A DNA stretch of 64,000 nt, from the NCBI GenBank assembly GCA_965279375.1, contig OZ257156.1, positions 1,184,001 to 1,248,000 on the forward strand. Direction: 5' to 3'. Positions 20,174 to 30,800 of the stretch are shown here, piece by piece; positions within the stretch are counted from its first letter, which is position 1, and each line of letters begins with the position of its first letter. The translations under genes were made by a program, and so were the position numbers. Under the pieces are notes generated by a model, which was given only the letters and a program-made list of their open reading frames with translations, did not search any database and was not told the origin of the DNA. This DNA comes from Gemmatimonas sp. GTDB taxonomy: Bacteria > Gemmatimonadota > Gemmatimonadetes > Gemmatimonadales > Gemmatimonadaceae.

Positions 20174-21919
20174 CGACGGTACTGCGTCAGCGACATGCGC
20201 CGCGCGTGCTGTGCCGTCGACTTGCGGCTCGTGCTGGTGAGGGATCGCCGCCGCCACCGGATACTCCGCGGTGTGACGCAGCACCAGCGCTCGCATGCGT
20301 GCCGCTGTTTGCGAGAGCTGCGACGCGCTGCGCGACAACTCATCGATACTCATACGCTGAGCCGCCGCCGCTTCAGCAGCGCTCGCCGCCGCATGCGCCG
20401 CACGATCGGCAGAGGAGTCGAGCGCTTCGAACGCACTGGTGACATTGCTCGAGAATTGCGCCTGCGACTGCGCCAACGACGCCACCGCATCGCTCTGCTC
20501 GGCGATGCGCGAAATACCATCCACCATCGCTCCCAATGCCGTCGTCGCGTCGCGCGCTATCGTTCCGGCACCAGCCACCTCGCGTGCCGTAACGTCCATC
20601 GAGGTGACCGCGCTGCTGACGTCGTCACGCACACGCTGCACCGTGGACGCAATCGTCTTGGCGGCGAGCGCGCTTTCCCCAGCCAGTTTGCGGATTTCGT
20701 CGGCGACGACGGCGAACCCAAGCCCGTGTTCGCCGGCGCGCGATGCTTCGATGGCCGCGTTGAGCGCGAGTAGATTCGTCTGGCGCGCAATGCGGGAAAC
20801 CGTCGCGATGAAATCGCCCACGCGTTCCGATGCGGGGGCGAGCAGACGGACTTGTTCCGCGGAGGCAGTCACGTCGGCACCCACACGTAGCAGCGCCTGC
20901 GCCGCGCGCTCGATCGCTTCGCGACTGGCCGAAGCGGACCGGTCCATCACCTGAGCTTCGGTGGCGGTGGCGTCGGCCTTTTCGCGCGTTAGCTCGGCCG
21001 TATCGCGCGCGCGGTAGCCCGCTTGCACGCCATTGCCGGCGCGAGAGCGCTGCTGAGCGATCTCATCGCGCAGCGCTTGTGCGCCCGACGCGACGTCACC
21101 GGCACGACGCTGCAGTTCACTCGCCGATCCGTAGACCTGCACCGCAACCGCAGCGAGTTCATCGGATTCCTGCTGCATCGTTTCGATGACCATGGTGAGA
21201 TCATCGAGCATGCGGTTGTAGCTGCGCTCGAGGAAACCCAGTTCGTCGTCGTGACGCGCGTCGGCGCGGGCGTGCAGATCGCCGCGCTCCACCTGGGCCA
21301 TGCGCTCACGGGTTCGGCGAATGCGCGTGATGAGGCGCGACGGCATTTGGATGACCTGCTGCGAGACCACGAGCAGGAGCACCGCGGCGAGCAACACCTG
21401 CGCCCACGGTGAGGCGTCGGCGGGGCGCGCGTAGGCAAAGCCCCAGCTGGCGACGAGAAAGCCGATCGTGGAGGCGAGCGTGGTGACGTAGCCGAGTGTG
21501 GGGCCGCGATCGAAGGAGTAGGGGACGATCGCGAGGATGTACATGAGCACCAGCACCGGCGATCCGAACAGGAACACCACGCCGCTGATGAGCAGCGTGT
21601 CGAAGACCGCAAACACGTAGCGTAGCCACCAGCGATACCAGTTCGGTCGCGCGCCGACTGCGGAGAGCACCCAGTTGGCGGCGATCGCCAGGCAAAAGAG
21701 CGAGACAACTGCGGCGAGCGAGACTTCGGCGAGTCCCAGCTGCATGCCGGCGATGAGCACGCCCGCAATGAAGATCGTGCTCCAAAAACGCCGTTGCGCC
21801 GCGACGCGGAATGTCGCGATGTCCTTGGCGCGCTCCTCCTCGAAGAGGGCGCGAATGGCGTCGATCGGGGTGCGGTGCGTCTGGGACACGTCGTCTGGGA
21901 TGGGAGAAGGGCTTCCCAT
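20150..21919 (-). CDS. Methyl-accepting chemotaxis protein (multi-TM, HAMP)
   Basis: [45 protein letters not shown] motif. Confidence 0.93.
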   Translation of the reverse strand: MGSPSPIPDDVSQTHRTPIDAIRALFEEERAKDIATFRVAAQRRFWSTIFIAGVLIAGMQLGLAEVSLAAVVSLFCLAIAANWVLSAVGARPNWYRWWLRYVFAVFDTLLISGVVFLFGSPVLVLMYILAIVPYSFDRGPTLGYVTTLASTIGFLVASWGFAYARPADASPWAQVLLAAVLLLVVSQQVIQMPSRLITRIRRTRERMAQVERGDLHARADARHDDELGFLERSYNRMLDDLTMVIETMQQESDELAAVAVQVYGSASELQRRAGDVASGAQALRDEIAQQRSRAGNGVQAGYRARDTAELTREKADATATEAQVMDRSASASREAIERAAQALLRVGADVTASAEQVRLLAPASERVGDFIATVSRIARQTNLLALNAAIEASRAGEHGLGFAVVADEIRKLAGESALAAKTIASTVQRVRDDVSSAVTSMDVTAREVAGAGTIARDATTALGAMVDGISRIAEQSDAVASLAQSQAQFSSNVTSAFEALDSSADRAAHAAASAAEAAAAQRMSIDELSRSASQLSQTAARMRALVLRHTAEYPVAAAIPHQHEPQVDGTARAAHVADAVPSSGRRAAA

Positions 21920-21984
21920 GGAGACGCGCGAGTGGGGCGTCGCATAACGCCCCGAGACGACTACACCAGCAGCTAACTCAGCAG

Positions 21985-22572
21985 CTAGATCAGCAACTCG
22001 CTGGCCTTGACCAGACTGATGACCGAAAGGCCCGTGGCCTCGATCGCTTCGCGTCCGCCCTCTTCGCGGTCCACCAGGGCGAGGACGCCCTGCACCGTGC
22101 CGCCCGCGGCCTTGATCGCCTCGACCGCCTTGAGCGCGGAGCCGCCGGTGGTGATGACGTCTTCCACGACGATCACGCGGTCGCCGCTGACGAAGGGGCC
22201 TTCGATCAGCCGCCCGGTGCCGTGCTGCTTGGCTTCCTTCCGAACGGTAAAGGCCCGAACGAGTGCGCCCGTGCCACGTTCCTGCTCGAGCGCACTGGCG
22301 TGTGCGATGGCATAGCTGATCGGGTCAGCGCCGAGCGTAAGTCCTCCGACTGCATCGACTTGCCATCCGCTGGAACGGACGGCAGCGAGGCCTTCGCGAC
22401 CGATGAGGAGCTGTCCTTCGGGGCTCATCGTGGTGAGGCGGCAGTCCACATACAGCGTGGAGCGGCGTCCCGACGCGAGCACGAAGTCGCCGCGCTTGGC
22501 CGAGCGTTCGGAGAGGAGCGCGACGAGTCGGGCGTGCGGTGCAGCCGTGGCAGGAGCGGAATCAGCGGCCAA
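21985..22572 (-). CDS. pyrE: Orotate phosphoribosyltransferase
   Basis: [31 protein letters not shown]. Confidence 0.95.
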   Translation of the reverse strand: MAADSAPATAAPHARLVALLSERSAKRGDFVLASGRRSTLYVDCRLTTMSPEGQLLIGREGLAAVRSSGWQVDAVGGLTLGADPISYAIAHASALEQERGTGALVRAFTVRKEAKQHGTGRLIEGPFVSGDRVIVVEDVITTGGSALKAVEAIKAAGGTVQGVLALVDREEGGREAIEATGLSVISLVKASELLI

Positions 22573-23494
22573 ACAGTCCCTTCATCTTGCCGAAGATGCC
22601 GGACTTGCTCTCGGCGGCGGGCTCGGGGGCGGCAGGCGCGACCGGCGCGGCCAGAGCGGCTGCGGAGAACGCTTCGGAGAAGGCGCTGACCGAGGCGTAG
22701 CGGTCGGACGGCAGCTTGGAGAGCGCCCTCATGATCACCGCCTCGATCTGCGGTGCGAAGGTGAGCCCGGGCTTGGCCTTGTTGAGCGCCGTAGGCGGCT
22801 GGGTGAGCAGCTGCGAGAAGAGCTCGCGCGGCGACTTGCCTGTGTACGGGAGCGTGCCCGTGAGCAGGAAGTACGCGATCGTGGCGAGCGAGTACTGATC
22901 GGCGGCCGGTCCCACGAGTTCACCGGAGAGCGCTTCGGGGGCGACGTACATGAGCGTGCCCACGAAGAAGCCGGCGCGGGTGAGGCGCTGATCCGGAGCG
23001 GCATCGGTATCGGCGGCGATGCCGAAGTCGAGCAGCTTCACGTGATGCGTGGCCGGATCGTACATGACGTTTTCCGGCTTCAGGTCGCGATGGACGATGC
23101 CGGCATCGTGGGCGGCCTGCACCGCACCACAGATCTGCGACATGATGTCCGCGACTTCGCGCGAGGGCAGCGGGCCCGAGCGTTCGGCGTGCTTGTCGAG
23201 GATTTCACCCGACGCCCATTCGATCGCGAGGTAGTAGCGATCGCCATCCGACTGCCCGTAGTCTAGGGTGCGGATGATGTTGGGGTGTTGTACTCGTGCG
23301 CCAAACTGCGCCTCGCGCAGAAAGCGCGCGACGGCGGTCTTATCGTGCTGCAGCTTTTCGCGCAGCACTTTCAGGGCGACGGTACCATGCTGGGGGTGGT
23401 CTGCGCGGAAGACTGTCGACGTGCCCCCTTCGCCAACCTTTCCGCGGACCGTGTAGCCGGCCAGCGTTGTTCCGACTATCGTCTCGATGGGCAC
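22562..23494 (-). CDS. Hanks-type Ser/Thr protein kinase (soluble)
   Basis: GEGG, VALK, HRDLKPEN, DFG, APE; GTG at 23494 chosen. Confidence 0.92.
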   Translation of the reverse strand: MPIETIVGTTLAGYTVRGKVGEGGTSTVFRADHPQHGTVALKVLREKLQHDKTAVARFLREAQFGARVQHPNIIRTLDYGQSDGDRYYLAIEWASGEILDKHAERSGPLPSREVADIMSQICGAVQAAHDAGIVHRDLKPENVMYDPATHHVKLLDFGIAADTDAAPDQRLTRAGFFVGTLMYVAPEALSGELVGPAADQYSLATIAYFLLTGTLPYTGKSPRELFSQLLTQPPTALNKAKPGLTFAPQIEAVIMRALSKLPSDRYASVSAFSEAFSAAALAAPVAPAAPEPAAESKSGIFGKMKGLFGR

Positions 23495-23711
23495 GAGGCG
23501 AACGTAACGCCGTTCGCTGCTCACGTGCAAGACAGTCGTGCGTAAATTCGGAATACCGTTGCGTTTGAACACGTCGTTGCTCAGTAGCTTGATCCAGTCG
23601 TGGAGCGAAACCGTCGGACCATCGACGCATGTCGGCGGTAGAATCGAGCGACGATCTTTGCGTTCCCTTTCCCAGCCGGGAGTCTCCCGCCGCATGCTTC
23701 AGCAGCATTCA

Positions 23712-25136
23712 ATGCCGCGCACCACTCGTTCAGGTGCGCTGCAGCTGCTCGCCACCGCCCTGGTTTCCACCGTTCTGCTCGCTGCGTGCGCGGGGAATCG
23801 ATCGGTCAACCAACCGGCGCCGCCCGCTGCGGGGCCCCGTGGGACGGGCGCACCCGGTGCGGCCATCGCTGGAGCCAACGCGGTCGCGGCCGACATGCAG
23901 CGACTCTACCGCAGCATGGGACTGTTGGCTGGCGCGGGATCGATCCCCTTCGTGTCGTCGGTGTCGTTCCTCCGCTCTCCCGTCGCCGACAGCACGCTCG
24001 TGCTCGTGGCGCTCTCCATGCCGTCGCGCGCGCTTGGTTTCGGTCGGGAAGGCGATCGTTACGCCGCCAACTACACGGTGCGCGTCGAAGTCCGGCAGGG
24101 CATGTCGGTGGTCCGGAACATCGAAGCCAACGAAACGGTGCGCGTGCCGACCTTCCGCGAAACCTCGCGGACCGACGAAAGCGTGATCTGGCAGCAGTTC
24201 CTCCGCCTTCGTCCCGGTCGCTACACACTGGGCGTGGCGGTCAAGGATCAGGCCAGCATCCGCAGCGCGTCAGAAGAAGTCTCCATCGTCGTGCCGTCGC
24301 TCGCCTCCGGCGCCATCGGCTCGCTGGTACCGGTTTACGAAGCGATCCCGCGCGCCACGGCGGACTCGCTACCGCGTCTCCTCGCGCGTCCGCGTGCGAC
24401 GGTGACGTTTGGCGTGGACTCGATCCTGCCGGTGTACATCGAAGCGATCGGCGCCGAGTCGCCGACGCGCGTGCATGCCCGTTTGATTGGTGAAGGCGAG
24501 CAGGTGATGTGGGAGAAGGACGTGGATCTCGTGGCACGCGGAGTGGCGCGCGACCTGACCATGGGCGTGCCGGTCGCCAACATGGGCATCGGGATTTCCA
24601 CGCTCGAGGTGAGTGCCGCCGGACGTGCCGACACGGCGCGTACGCGCATCTTCGTCAGCCTGGGCGACGACCTGCCGATCGCGACGTTCGACGAGATGCT
24701 TACGTATCTCCGCTACTTCACGACGGCCGATCGACTGAAGACGCTCAAGGACGCGTCGCCGACGCAGCGCGCCGTGGTCTGGTCGAATTTCCTGAAGAGC
24801 ACCGATCCGCTGCCAGGTACGGCGGAGCACGAAGGGCTGCGCGACTATTTTCAGCGCATTCGTGCCGCGAACGTGCGCTTTCGTGATGACGCGCAGGTGG
24901 GGTGGCTTTCCGATCGCGGCATCGCGTATGTGGGGTTGGGCGATCCGGACAACATCTTCGATTCCGGCGCCAACGATCCGAACGCGCGCGTGCGCCAACA
25001 GGTGTGGGAATATCGCGAGTGGCGTCTGCAACTCATCTTCATCGATCAGAGCGGCTTTGGCCGCTGGCGCTTGAGCGCGCAAAGCATGGCTGACCTGCAG
25101 AACGCGATCCGTCGCCGACTCGCTTCGCGTCCGTGA
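23712..25136 (+). CDS. GWxTD domain lipoprotein
   Basis: LLAAC lipobox; AN.RF...GWLSDRG..YVGLGDPD. Confidence 0.8.
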   Translation: MPRTTRSGALQLLATALVSTVLLAACAGNRSVNQPAPPAAGPRGTGAPGAAIAGANAVAADMQRLYRSMGLLAGAGSIPFVSSVSFLRSPVADSTLVLVALSMPSRALGFGREGDRYAANYTVRVEVRQGMSVVRNIEANETVRVPTFRETSRTDESVIWQQFLRLRPGRYTLGVAVKDQASIRSASEEVSIVVPSLASGAIGSLVPVYEAIPRATADSLPRLLARPRATVTFGVDSILPVYIEAIGAESPTRVHARLIGEGEQVMWEKDVDLVARGVARDLTMGVPVANMGIGISTLEVSAAGRADTARTRIFVSLGDDLPIATFDEMLTYLRYFTTADRLKTLKDASPTQRAVVWSNFLKSTDPLPGTAEHEGLRDYFQRIRAANVRFRDDAQVGWLSDRGIAYVGLGDPDNIFDSGANDPNARVRQQVWEYREWRLQLIFIDQSGFGRWRLSAQSMADLQNAIRRRLASRP

Positions 25137-28135
25137 GTGACGTCACTCGCCCGGTCGCGCCACGTCTCTTCCTGATCGATGGCTACGCGCTGATCTACCG
25201 CGCGTTCTTTGCGCTGATGACGCGCCCGCTCAACACGAGCCGTGGCGAGAACACGTCGGCGGCGTGGGGTGTGGCGAACTTTTTGAAGCGGTTGCTGGCG
25301 ACGCACAAACCCGAGCTGATGGGGTGGGTGCATGACTCTGGCGCGACGTTCCGCGATGATCTGTATCCGGAATACAAGGCGACGCGCGAGAAGCTGACCG
25401 ACGAGCTGCAAGCCGATTTCGATCAGGGGCTGCGCCGTATCGAGCAGCTGCTCAAGGCGTACGATGTGCCTATTCTCGCCGTGCCGGGCTTTGAAGCGGA
25501 CGACGTCATCGGCACGCTCGCCAAGCTGGGTGTGAAAGCGGGCTACAACGTGGTGATCGTCTCCGGCGACAAGGATTTCCAGCAGCTCGTGCGCCCCGGC
25601 GTGTGGCTGCTCAATCCGGGGCGCGGCGGGCCGGCGAGCGTGGAGGAGTCGTGGGTGGGGATGGAGAACGCCAACGATCGATTGGGCGTCCCTCCCGAAC
25701 GCGTGATCGACTACCTCGCGATGGTTGGCGACTCGTCGGACAACGTGCCCGGCGTTAAGGGCATTGGTGAGAAGACCGCGATCGAGTTGATCAACCAGTT
25801 CGGTCCGCTCGAAGAGATTCTCGCACATGCTGCGGAATTGACGAAGAAGCGGCCGCGCGAAGCGTTGCTCGAACACGCCGACATGGCGCGGTTGTCCAAG
25901 CAGCTCGTCACTATTCGCGAAGACGTGCCGGTGGCGTTCGACACGAACGCGCTGCAGATGGGTCATCCCGACGTGCAGGCATTGCGCCATCTGTTCCTCG
26001 AGCTCGAGTTCAACTCGATGCTCAAGGACTTGGGTGGCAGCGCGTCGGATGCGACGCCTTCGTCTGCGAGCGTCGGTGCGAGTTCGGCGTCTGCTGAACA
26101 TGCAGCTGCCGCGGCATCATCGAGCGCGAGTGCTGGCGAGACGGATGCACCGGCGATGCCGGGCGCTTACGCGCGTCCCGATGCGCCGCCAGTGGTGGTG
26201 GGCGCGAGCGGCGTGGCGATGCTGGCCGATGCGACGTACACCACCGTAGACACGCTCGATGCGATGCACGCGCTGCTCACGCGCGTGCGCGAAGTGCCGT
26301 ACATCGCGATCGATACGGAAACGGTGAACGAGCCGGGCGCACCGCCGGGAGTGGACGCGATGCGTGCGCTGTTGGTGGGGATGTCGATCGCCGTAGCGCC
26401 GGGCGAGGCGTACTACCTGCCGTTCACGCACCGTTTGGACAACGGCGACGGTAACCTTGCGTTGCTGGCGGGTGATGCGGGGATTGCCGGGCGTCGGATC
26501 AGTGCGGGGCTCGACGCGCCGATGAATCTGCCCGCGTTTGCGTCAGATGACATCGCGCCGCTGCGCGCGATGCTGGAAGACGCATCGGTGCCCAAGATCG
26601 CGCAGAACGCCAAGTACGACATTCTGGTGCTGCGCACGGCGGGCGTGCGTCTCAAGGGTCTCGTATTCGACACCATGCTGGCGAGCTACGTGCTCGATCC
26701 AGGGCGTCGCTCGCACGGGCTCGATCTGTTGGCGCTCGAGTTTCTCGGTCACACGATGACGGCGTACGATCAGCTGTGCGGCAAGGGCCGTTCGCAGCTG
26801 CCGTTCGACGTCGTGCCAGTTGATGCAGCGCGCGACTACTCGTGTGAAGACGTGGACGTCACCATGCGACTCCGCGCGATCTTTGAGCCGAAGCTCGCCG
26901 AGTTTGATATGCTCGACCTGATGGCCAAGATCGAGACGCCGCTGGTGGATGTGCTTGCGGATATGGAGTGGGAAGGGATCGCGATCGATCTCGACTGGTT
27001 CATGTCGCTCAAGACGCGCTTTCAGGCGGAGCGCGAGAAGGTGGAGCAGGCGATCTATCTCGAAGCGGGCGAGGAGTTCAACATCAACTCCAATCCCAAG
27101 CTGCGCGTGATTCTGTTCGAGAAGCTGGGGCTGCCGATCAAGAAGAAGACGGCGACGGGTCCAAGCACCGACGCGAGTGTGCTGCAGGAGTTGGCAGAAG
27201 AAGGGCACACGCTGCCCACGCTGCTGATGGAGTATCGCGAGATCTTCAAGCTGGAAGGCACGTACATCGATGCGTTGCCCAAGCTCGTGCATCCGCGCGA
27301 TCATCGGTTGCACACGTCGTACGGACAAACTGTCGCCGCAACGGGTCGTCTTTCCAGCACCGATCCGAATCTCCAGAACATTCCCGTGCGTCGCGAACTC
27401 GGCCGCGAGATCCGTCGCGGCTTCGTGCCGCGCGCGGGATGGAGGCTGCTGTCGGCGGACTACTCGCAGATCGAGTTGCGTCTGCTCGCGCATCTCTCCG
27501 GCGATCCCGCGTTCGTGTCGGCGTTCAAGGCGGGCGGTGACATTCACAAGCAGACCGCGGCGATCATCTTTGGCGTGGACATCGCCGACGTGACGAGCGA
27601 GATGCGCGCGCGCGCCAAGACGATCAACTTCGCGACGATCTACGGGCAGGGTGCGTTCGCGCTCTCGCGTCAGCTCAAGATCAGCAACGCGGAAGCGAAG
27701 GCGTTCATCGAGACGTACTTCGAGCGCTTTGCCGGCGTGAAGGCGTTTCTCGAGAAGTGTGTGGTGGACGCGAAGGAGAAGGGGTATGTGGAAACGCTCT
27801 TCAAGCGGCGCCGCTACATCCCCGAGCTCAAGGATCGCAACCGCAACATCAAGGCGTTCGGCGAGCGCGTGGCCGCGAACGCCCCCATCCAGGGCTCGGC
27901 GGCGGATCTCATCAAGGTGGCGATGATCCGCATCCATGACGCGCTGGCCGCCGAGCATTTCCGTGCCCGCATGCTGCTGCAGGTGCACGACGAACTCATC
28001 TTCGAGTTGCCGCCGGAGGAAGAAGTGACACTCCGCGCGCTGGTGAAACGAGAGATGGAGGGGGCGGCAACGCTCGACGTGCCGCTGCTGGTGGAGATGG
28101 GCAGCGGCAACGATTGGGTGGCCGCGAAGTCCTAG
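25133..28135 (+). CDS. polA: DNA polymerase I
   Basis: LIDG..LIYRAFF, EADD, DTET exonuclease motif, DYSQIELR, AKTINF, LQVHDEL. Confidence 0.99.
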   Translation: MSDVTRPVAPRLFLIDGYALIYRAFFALMTRPLNTSRGENTSAAWGVANFLKRLLATHKPELMGWVHDSGATFRDDLYPEYKATREKLTDELQADFDQGLRRIEQLLKAYDVPILAVPGFEADDVIGTLAKLGVKAGYNVVIVSGDKDFQQLVRPGVWLLNPGRGGPASVEESWVGMENANDRLGVPPERVIDYLAMVGDSSDNVPGVKGIGEKTAIELINQFGPLEEILAHAAELTKKRPREALLEHADMARLSKQLVTIREDVPVAFDTNALQMGHPDVQALRHLFLELEFNSMLKDLGGSASDATPSSASVGASSASAEHAAAAASSSASAGETDAPAMPGAYARPDAPPVVVGASGVAMLADATYTTVDTLDAMHALLTRVREVPYIAIDTETVNEPGAPPGVDAMRALLVGMSIAVAPGEAYYLPFTHRLDNGDGNLALLAGDAGIAGRRISAGLDAPMNLPAFASDDIAPLRAMLEDASVPKIAQNAKYDILVLRTAGVRLKGLVFDTMLASYVLDPGRRSHGLDLLALEFLGHTMTAYDQLCGKGRSQLPFDVVPVDAARDYSCEDVDVTMRLRAIFEPKLAEFDMLDLMAKIETPLVDVLADMEWEGIAIDLDWFMSLKTRFQAEREKVEQAIYLEAGEEFNINSNPKLRVILFEKLGLPIKKKTATGPSTDASVLQELAEEGHTLPTLLMEYREIFKLEGTYIDALPKLVHPRDHRLHTSYGQTVAATGRLSSTDPNLQNIPVRRELGREIRRGFVPRAGWRLLSADYSQIELRLLAHLSGDPAFVSAFKAGGDIHKQTAAIIFGVDIADVTSEMRARAKTINFATIYGQGAFALSRQLKISNAEAKAFIETYFERFAGVKAFLEKCVVDAKEKGYVETLFKRRRYIPELKDRNRNIKAFGERVAANAPIQGSAADLIKVAMIRIHDALAAEHFRARMLLQVHDELIFELPPEEEVTLRALVKREMEGAATLDVPLLVEMGSGNDWVAAKS

Positions 28136-28293
28136 CGCGGGCAGCTGTTCGGTCGGGACGCCCGATTTTCCGTCGGTTCGGCCATGCAAGTTGCAAGAAA
28201 TCTGCGGCAGTGCAGCGGATTTTCCGGGGATGGCGCGCGGGTGCCGACTGCTAAGTCACTGTGCGACTGGCAGTTGGACGCGGCGAGCGGCCG

Positions 28294-28309
28294 CGGCATC
28301 GAGGTTGCC
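28294..28309 (+). promoter_or_regulatory. Putative sigma54 (-24/-12) promoter of the pilin gene
   Basis: CGGCATCGAGGTTGC, GG-N10-GC spacing, about 95 nt upstream of the pilin ATG. Confidence 0.5.
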
Positions 28310-28401
28310 TAGGATTGGATCCGAAGGCGTTGCCGGCAGGATTGGTCCGCGCACTGAGTGTGCGCGCGGCGACGCCAAGGCCGAACCTCTGAGGATTGCG
28401 T

Positions 28402-28791
28402 ATGCGTCGCACCCGTGTCGCCCAAGGCTTCACCCTCATCGAGCTGCTGATCGTCGTCGTCATCATCGGCATTCTGGCCGCGGTGGCCATCCCCAAATTC
28501 ACCACGACCAAGGGGAAGGCGCAGGTGACCGCCATGAAGAGCGATCTGAAGAACCTGACGTCGTCCGAAGAGGATTACTACTACAACAACTCGCAGTACA
28601 CGGCGGCGTTGGCTGCGATCAATTTTCAACCCTCCAAAGGCGTCAGCCTGACGATCACGGAGGCGACTCCGATCGGATGGTCCGCGCAGACGACGCATCC
28701 ACAGGCCACCCCGGTTACCTGTGCGGTGTTCTATGGTGGAGCGGCCGCGGTCGCACCGGCGACGGTGGAAGGGGTGGTGACGTGTCAGTGA
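28402..28791 (+). CDS. Type IV pilin
   Basis: G|FTLIELLIVVVIIGILAAVAIP prepilin motif; C-terminal Cys pair. Confidence 0.93.
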   Translation: MRRTRVAQGFTLIELLIVVVIIGILAAVAIPKFTTTKGKAQVTAMKSDLKNLTSSEEDYYYNNSQYTAALAAINFQPSKGVSLTITEATPIGWSAQTTHPQATPVTCAVFYGGAAAVAPATVEGVVTCQ

Positions 28792-28815
28792 TCAACGTGA
28801 ACGCACGAAGGTTTC

Positions 28816-29217
28816 TTGGACGGATTCTGGGGCCGCGCGCTGCCGGCCATTGCCGATGATCGGGATGACGCACGACGACAGGCACGCCTGATCGAGGTCA
28901 ATCGCGCAGCCGGTGCGCGCGAGTTCGCGAAACGGCGCGAAGGGATGATCCACGCGATGGACGGCGGCCTGTGGCTACACCGTCACGTGTGGAAGGGGCA
29001 CGCGATGGTGCACATGGTCAGCACCGACAAGGAGCGCCTGCTTCGCTACGGTGCGGCGATCGGCATGCCGGCGCGTCGATTGCAGCACAAGCCGCTGCGC
29101 GATCCGCGCACGGAGATTCGCGTGGAGGCGTGGCATTGGGACCTGGGCGGTCCGGTGTTGCCCCCGCCGGACGACACACTGATCGTGATGGCGGGGGCGC
29201 GCGCCGAGGTTCGCTGA
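28816..29217 (+). CDS. Hypothetical protein, DUF4031-like
   Basis: HMVS...L...AIGM..R.LQ...HWDL pattern; start uncertain. Confidence 0.55.
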   Translation: MDGFWGRALPAIADDRDDARRQARLIEVNRAAGAREFAKRREGMIHAMDGGLWLHRHVWKGHAMVHMVSTDKERLLRYGAAIGMPARRLQHKPLRDPRTEIRVEAWHWDLGGPVLPPPDDTLIVMAGARAEVR

Positions 29218-29255
29218 CGCGAGAGAATGCGCTCCGGAACGCGCTCTCGAATGCG

Positions 29256-30623
29256 TTACAGCGTTCCGTTGATTGCGCGTGCGTCGGCCTCGCGCGCGGC
29301 ACGTTCGCCTTCCGGGACGTTCACCATCGCGAGCAGCACGCCGCCCACCACAAAGAAGCCGATCACCGAGAGAATCGCGCCGCGGCTAGAGCCGCTCTGG
29401 CCGATGGCAATGGAGAACGCGAGCGGCCCCAGAATACCGCCGAACTTCTCGAAGACGGAGTAGAAGCCGAAGAATTCGCCGCTCTTGTGCTTGGGAATCA
29501 TGTTGGCGAAGAGCGAGCGGCTGAGTGCCTGCGTCCCACCCTGCACGAGCCCCACGAGAATGGCGACCATGTAGAACTCGCGCGCCGACTGCATGTTGTA
29601 GCCAAGCACGCAGATGCCCGTGTAGACGACGAGGCCGATGAACACCGAGGTCTTCGCGCCGATTTTCCCGGCAAGCATTCCAAACAGAAACGCGCACGGG
29701 ATGCCGATGAACTGCACGAGCAGGATGGCCGTGATGAGATCCTTCTGCTCGATGCCGATTTCGGTGCCGTACACGCTCGCCATCTTGATGATGGTCTGGA
29801 TGCCGTCGTTGTAGATGGTGAACGCCAGCATCGCGAGTGCGGCCTGTTTGTACTGACGCAGCTCGCGCAGCGTTTCGCCCAAGCGCGTGAAGGCCACGCT
29901 CCATCCGCTCTGTCGCGCGACTTCATCGGCCTCGATGGTGCGCGGTGGCTCAGGGACGCGCCGCAAGAGCGGAATGGAGAACACCAGCCACCACACCGCC
30001 ACCGACACGAACGCGAGTCGTGACGGAAGCGTGGCCTGCGATTGCGTGAGCCCGTCGCCCGACGGCAGCCCGAACGTCGCCGGGCTCGAGATCCACGCGA
30101 GGTTGAGCGCGAGCAGGAGTCCTCCACCCACGTAGCCAAGGGCGTAGCCGGCCGTGGACACGCGGTCCATCTCGTCCACCGAGGCGATGTGCGGCAGCAG
30201 CGACTCGTAGAACGTCATGCTGGCCGCGGCGCCGCCCAGCGAGAGGACAAAGACGATCGACGCGAAGAGCACGTCGCCGTGGCGGATGAAGAACATCGCC
30301 GCGGTGGACGCGACACCCAGCAGCATGAATCCCACCAGAAACCGCTTCTTCGCCGCCTTGAAGTCAGCGAGCGCGCCGAGCAGCGGCGCCAGGACGGCGA
30401 TGAGCACGGCACTGATCGTGCTGGCGTACCCATACCATTGGGATGCTTCGGTTGGGGTTCGACCTGCAGCCGCTACCTTCACAAAGAAGATGGGGAAGAC
30501 AGCGGTCATGATCGTGGTTTGCGCCGCCGACACCGCCCAATCGTACATCGCCCAGGCTCGCAACTCGCGACGGTGCAGCCCCAGCGCATTCAGGAAGCGT
30601 GACGCAGGGCGTGTAGAAGTCAT
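29256..30623 (-). CDS. MFS transporter (UMF1/ATG22-like)
   Basis: WAMYDWA, YESLLP, GYALGYVGG, QALSRS, GEFFGFY. Confidence 0.9.
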   Translation of the reverse strand: MTSTRPASRFLNALGLHRRELRAWAMYDWAVSAAQTTIMTAVFPIFFVKVAAAGRTPTEASQWYGYASTISAVLIAVLAPLLGALADFKAAKKRFLVGFMLLGVASTAAMFFIRHGDVLFASIVFVLSLGGAAASMTFYESLLPHIASVDEMDRVSTAGYALGYVGGGLLLALNLAWISSPATFGLPSGDGLTQSQATLPSRLAFVSVAVWWLVFSIPLLRRVPEPPRTIEADEVARQSGWSVAFTRLGETLRELRQYKQAALAMLAFTIYNDGIQTIIKMASVYGTEIGIEQKDLITAILLVQFIGIPCAFLFGMLAGKIGAKTSVFIGLVVYTGICVLGYNMQSAREFYMVAILVGLVQGGTQALSRSLFANMIPKHKSGEFFGFYSVFEKFGGILGPLAFSIAIGQSGSSRGAILSVIGFFVVGGVLLAMVNVPEGERAAREADARAINGTL

Positions 30624-30800
30624 GCAGAGTCTCGTAAAGGGAGGCCGGACCGGGCAGATTATTGTCAGCGCTGTTGCAGCAGAAGTCCAGCAACCGTCTG
30701 CATCGCGCGCGTTCCAGCGTCGTTTCAGTTCGTTTTCGTCCGCCTTCAACTGTCTTTCGATCTGTCATCGCCTGCCTGTGACCGTGTTGAGCTTGAACTG

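Noticed and set aside
28180..28244. Two other sigma54-like motifs upstream of the pilin
   Set aside because: GG-to-GC spacing is 11 and 9 nt rather than 10.
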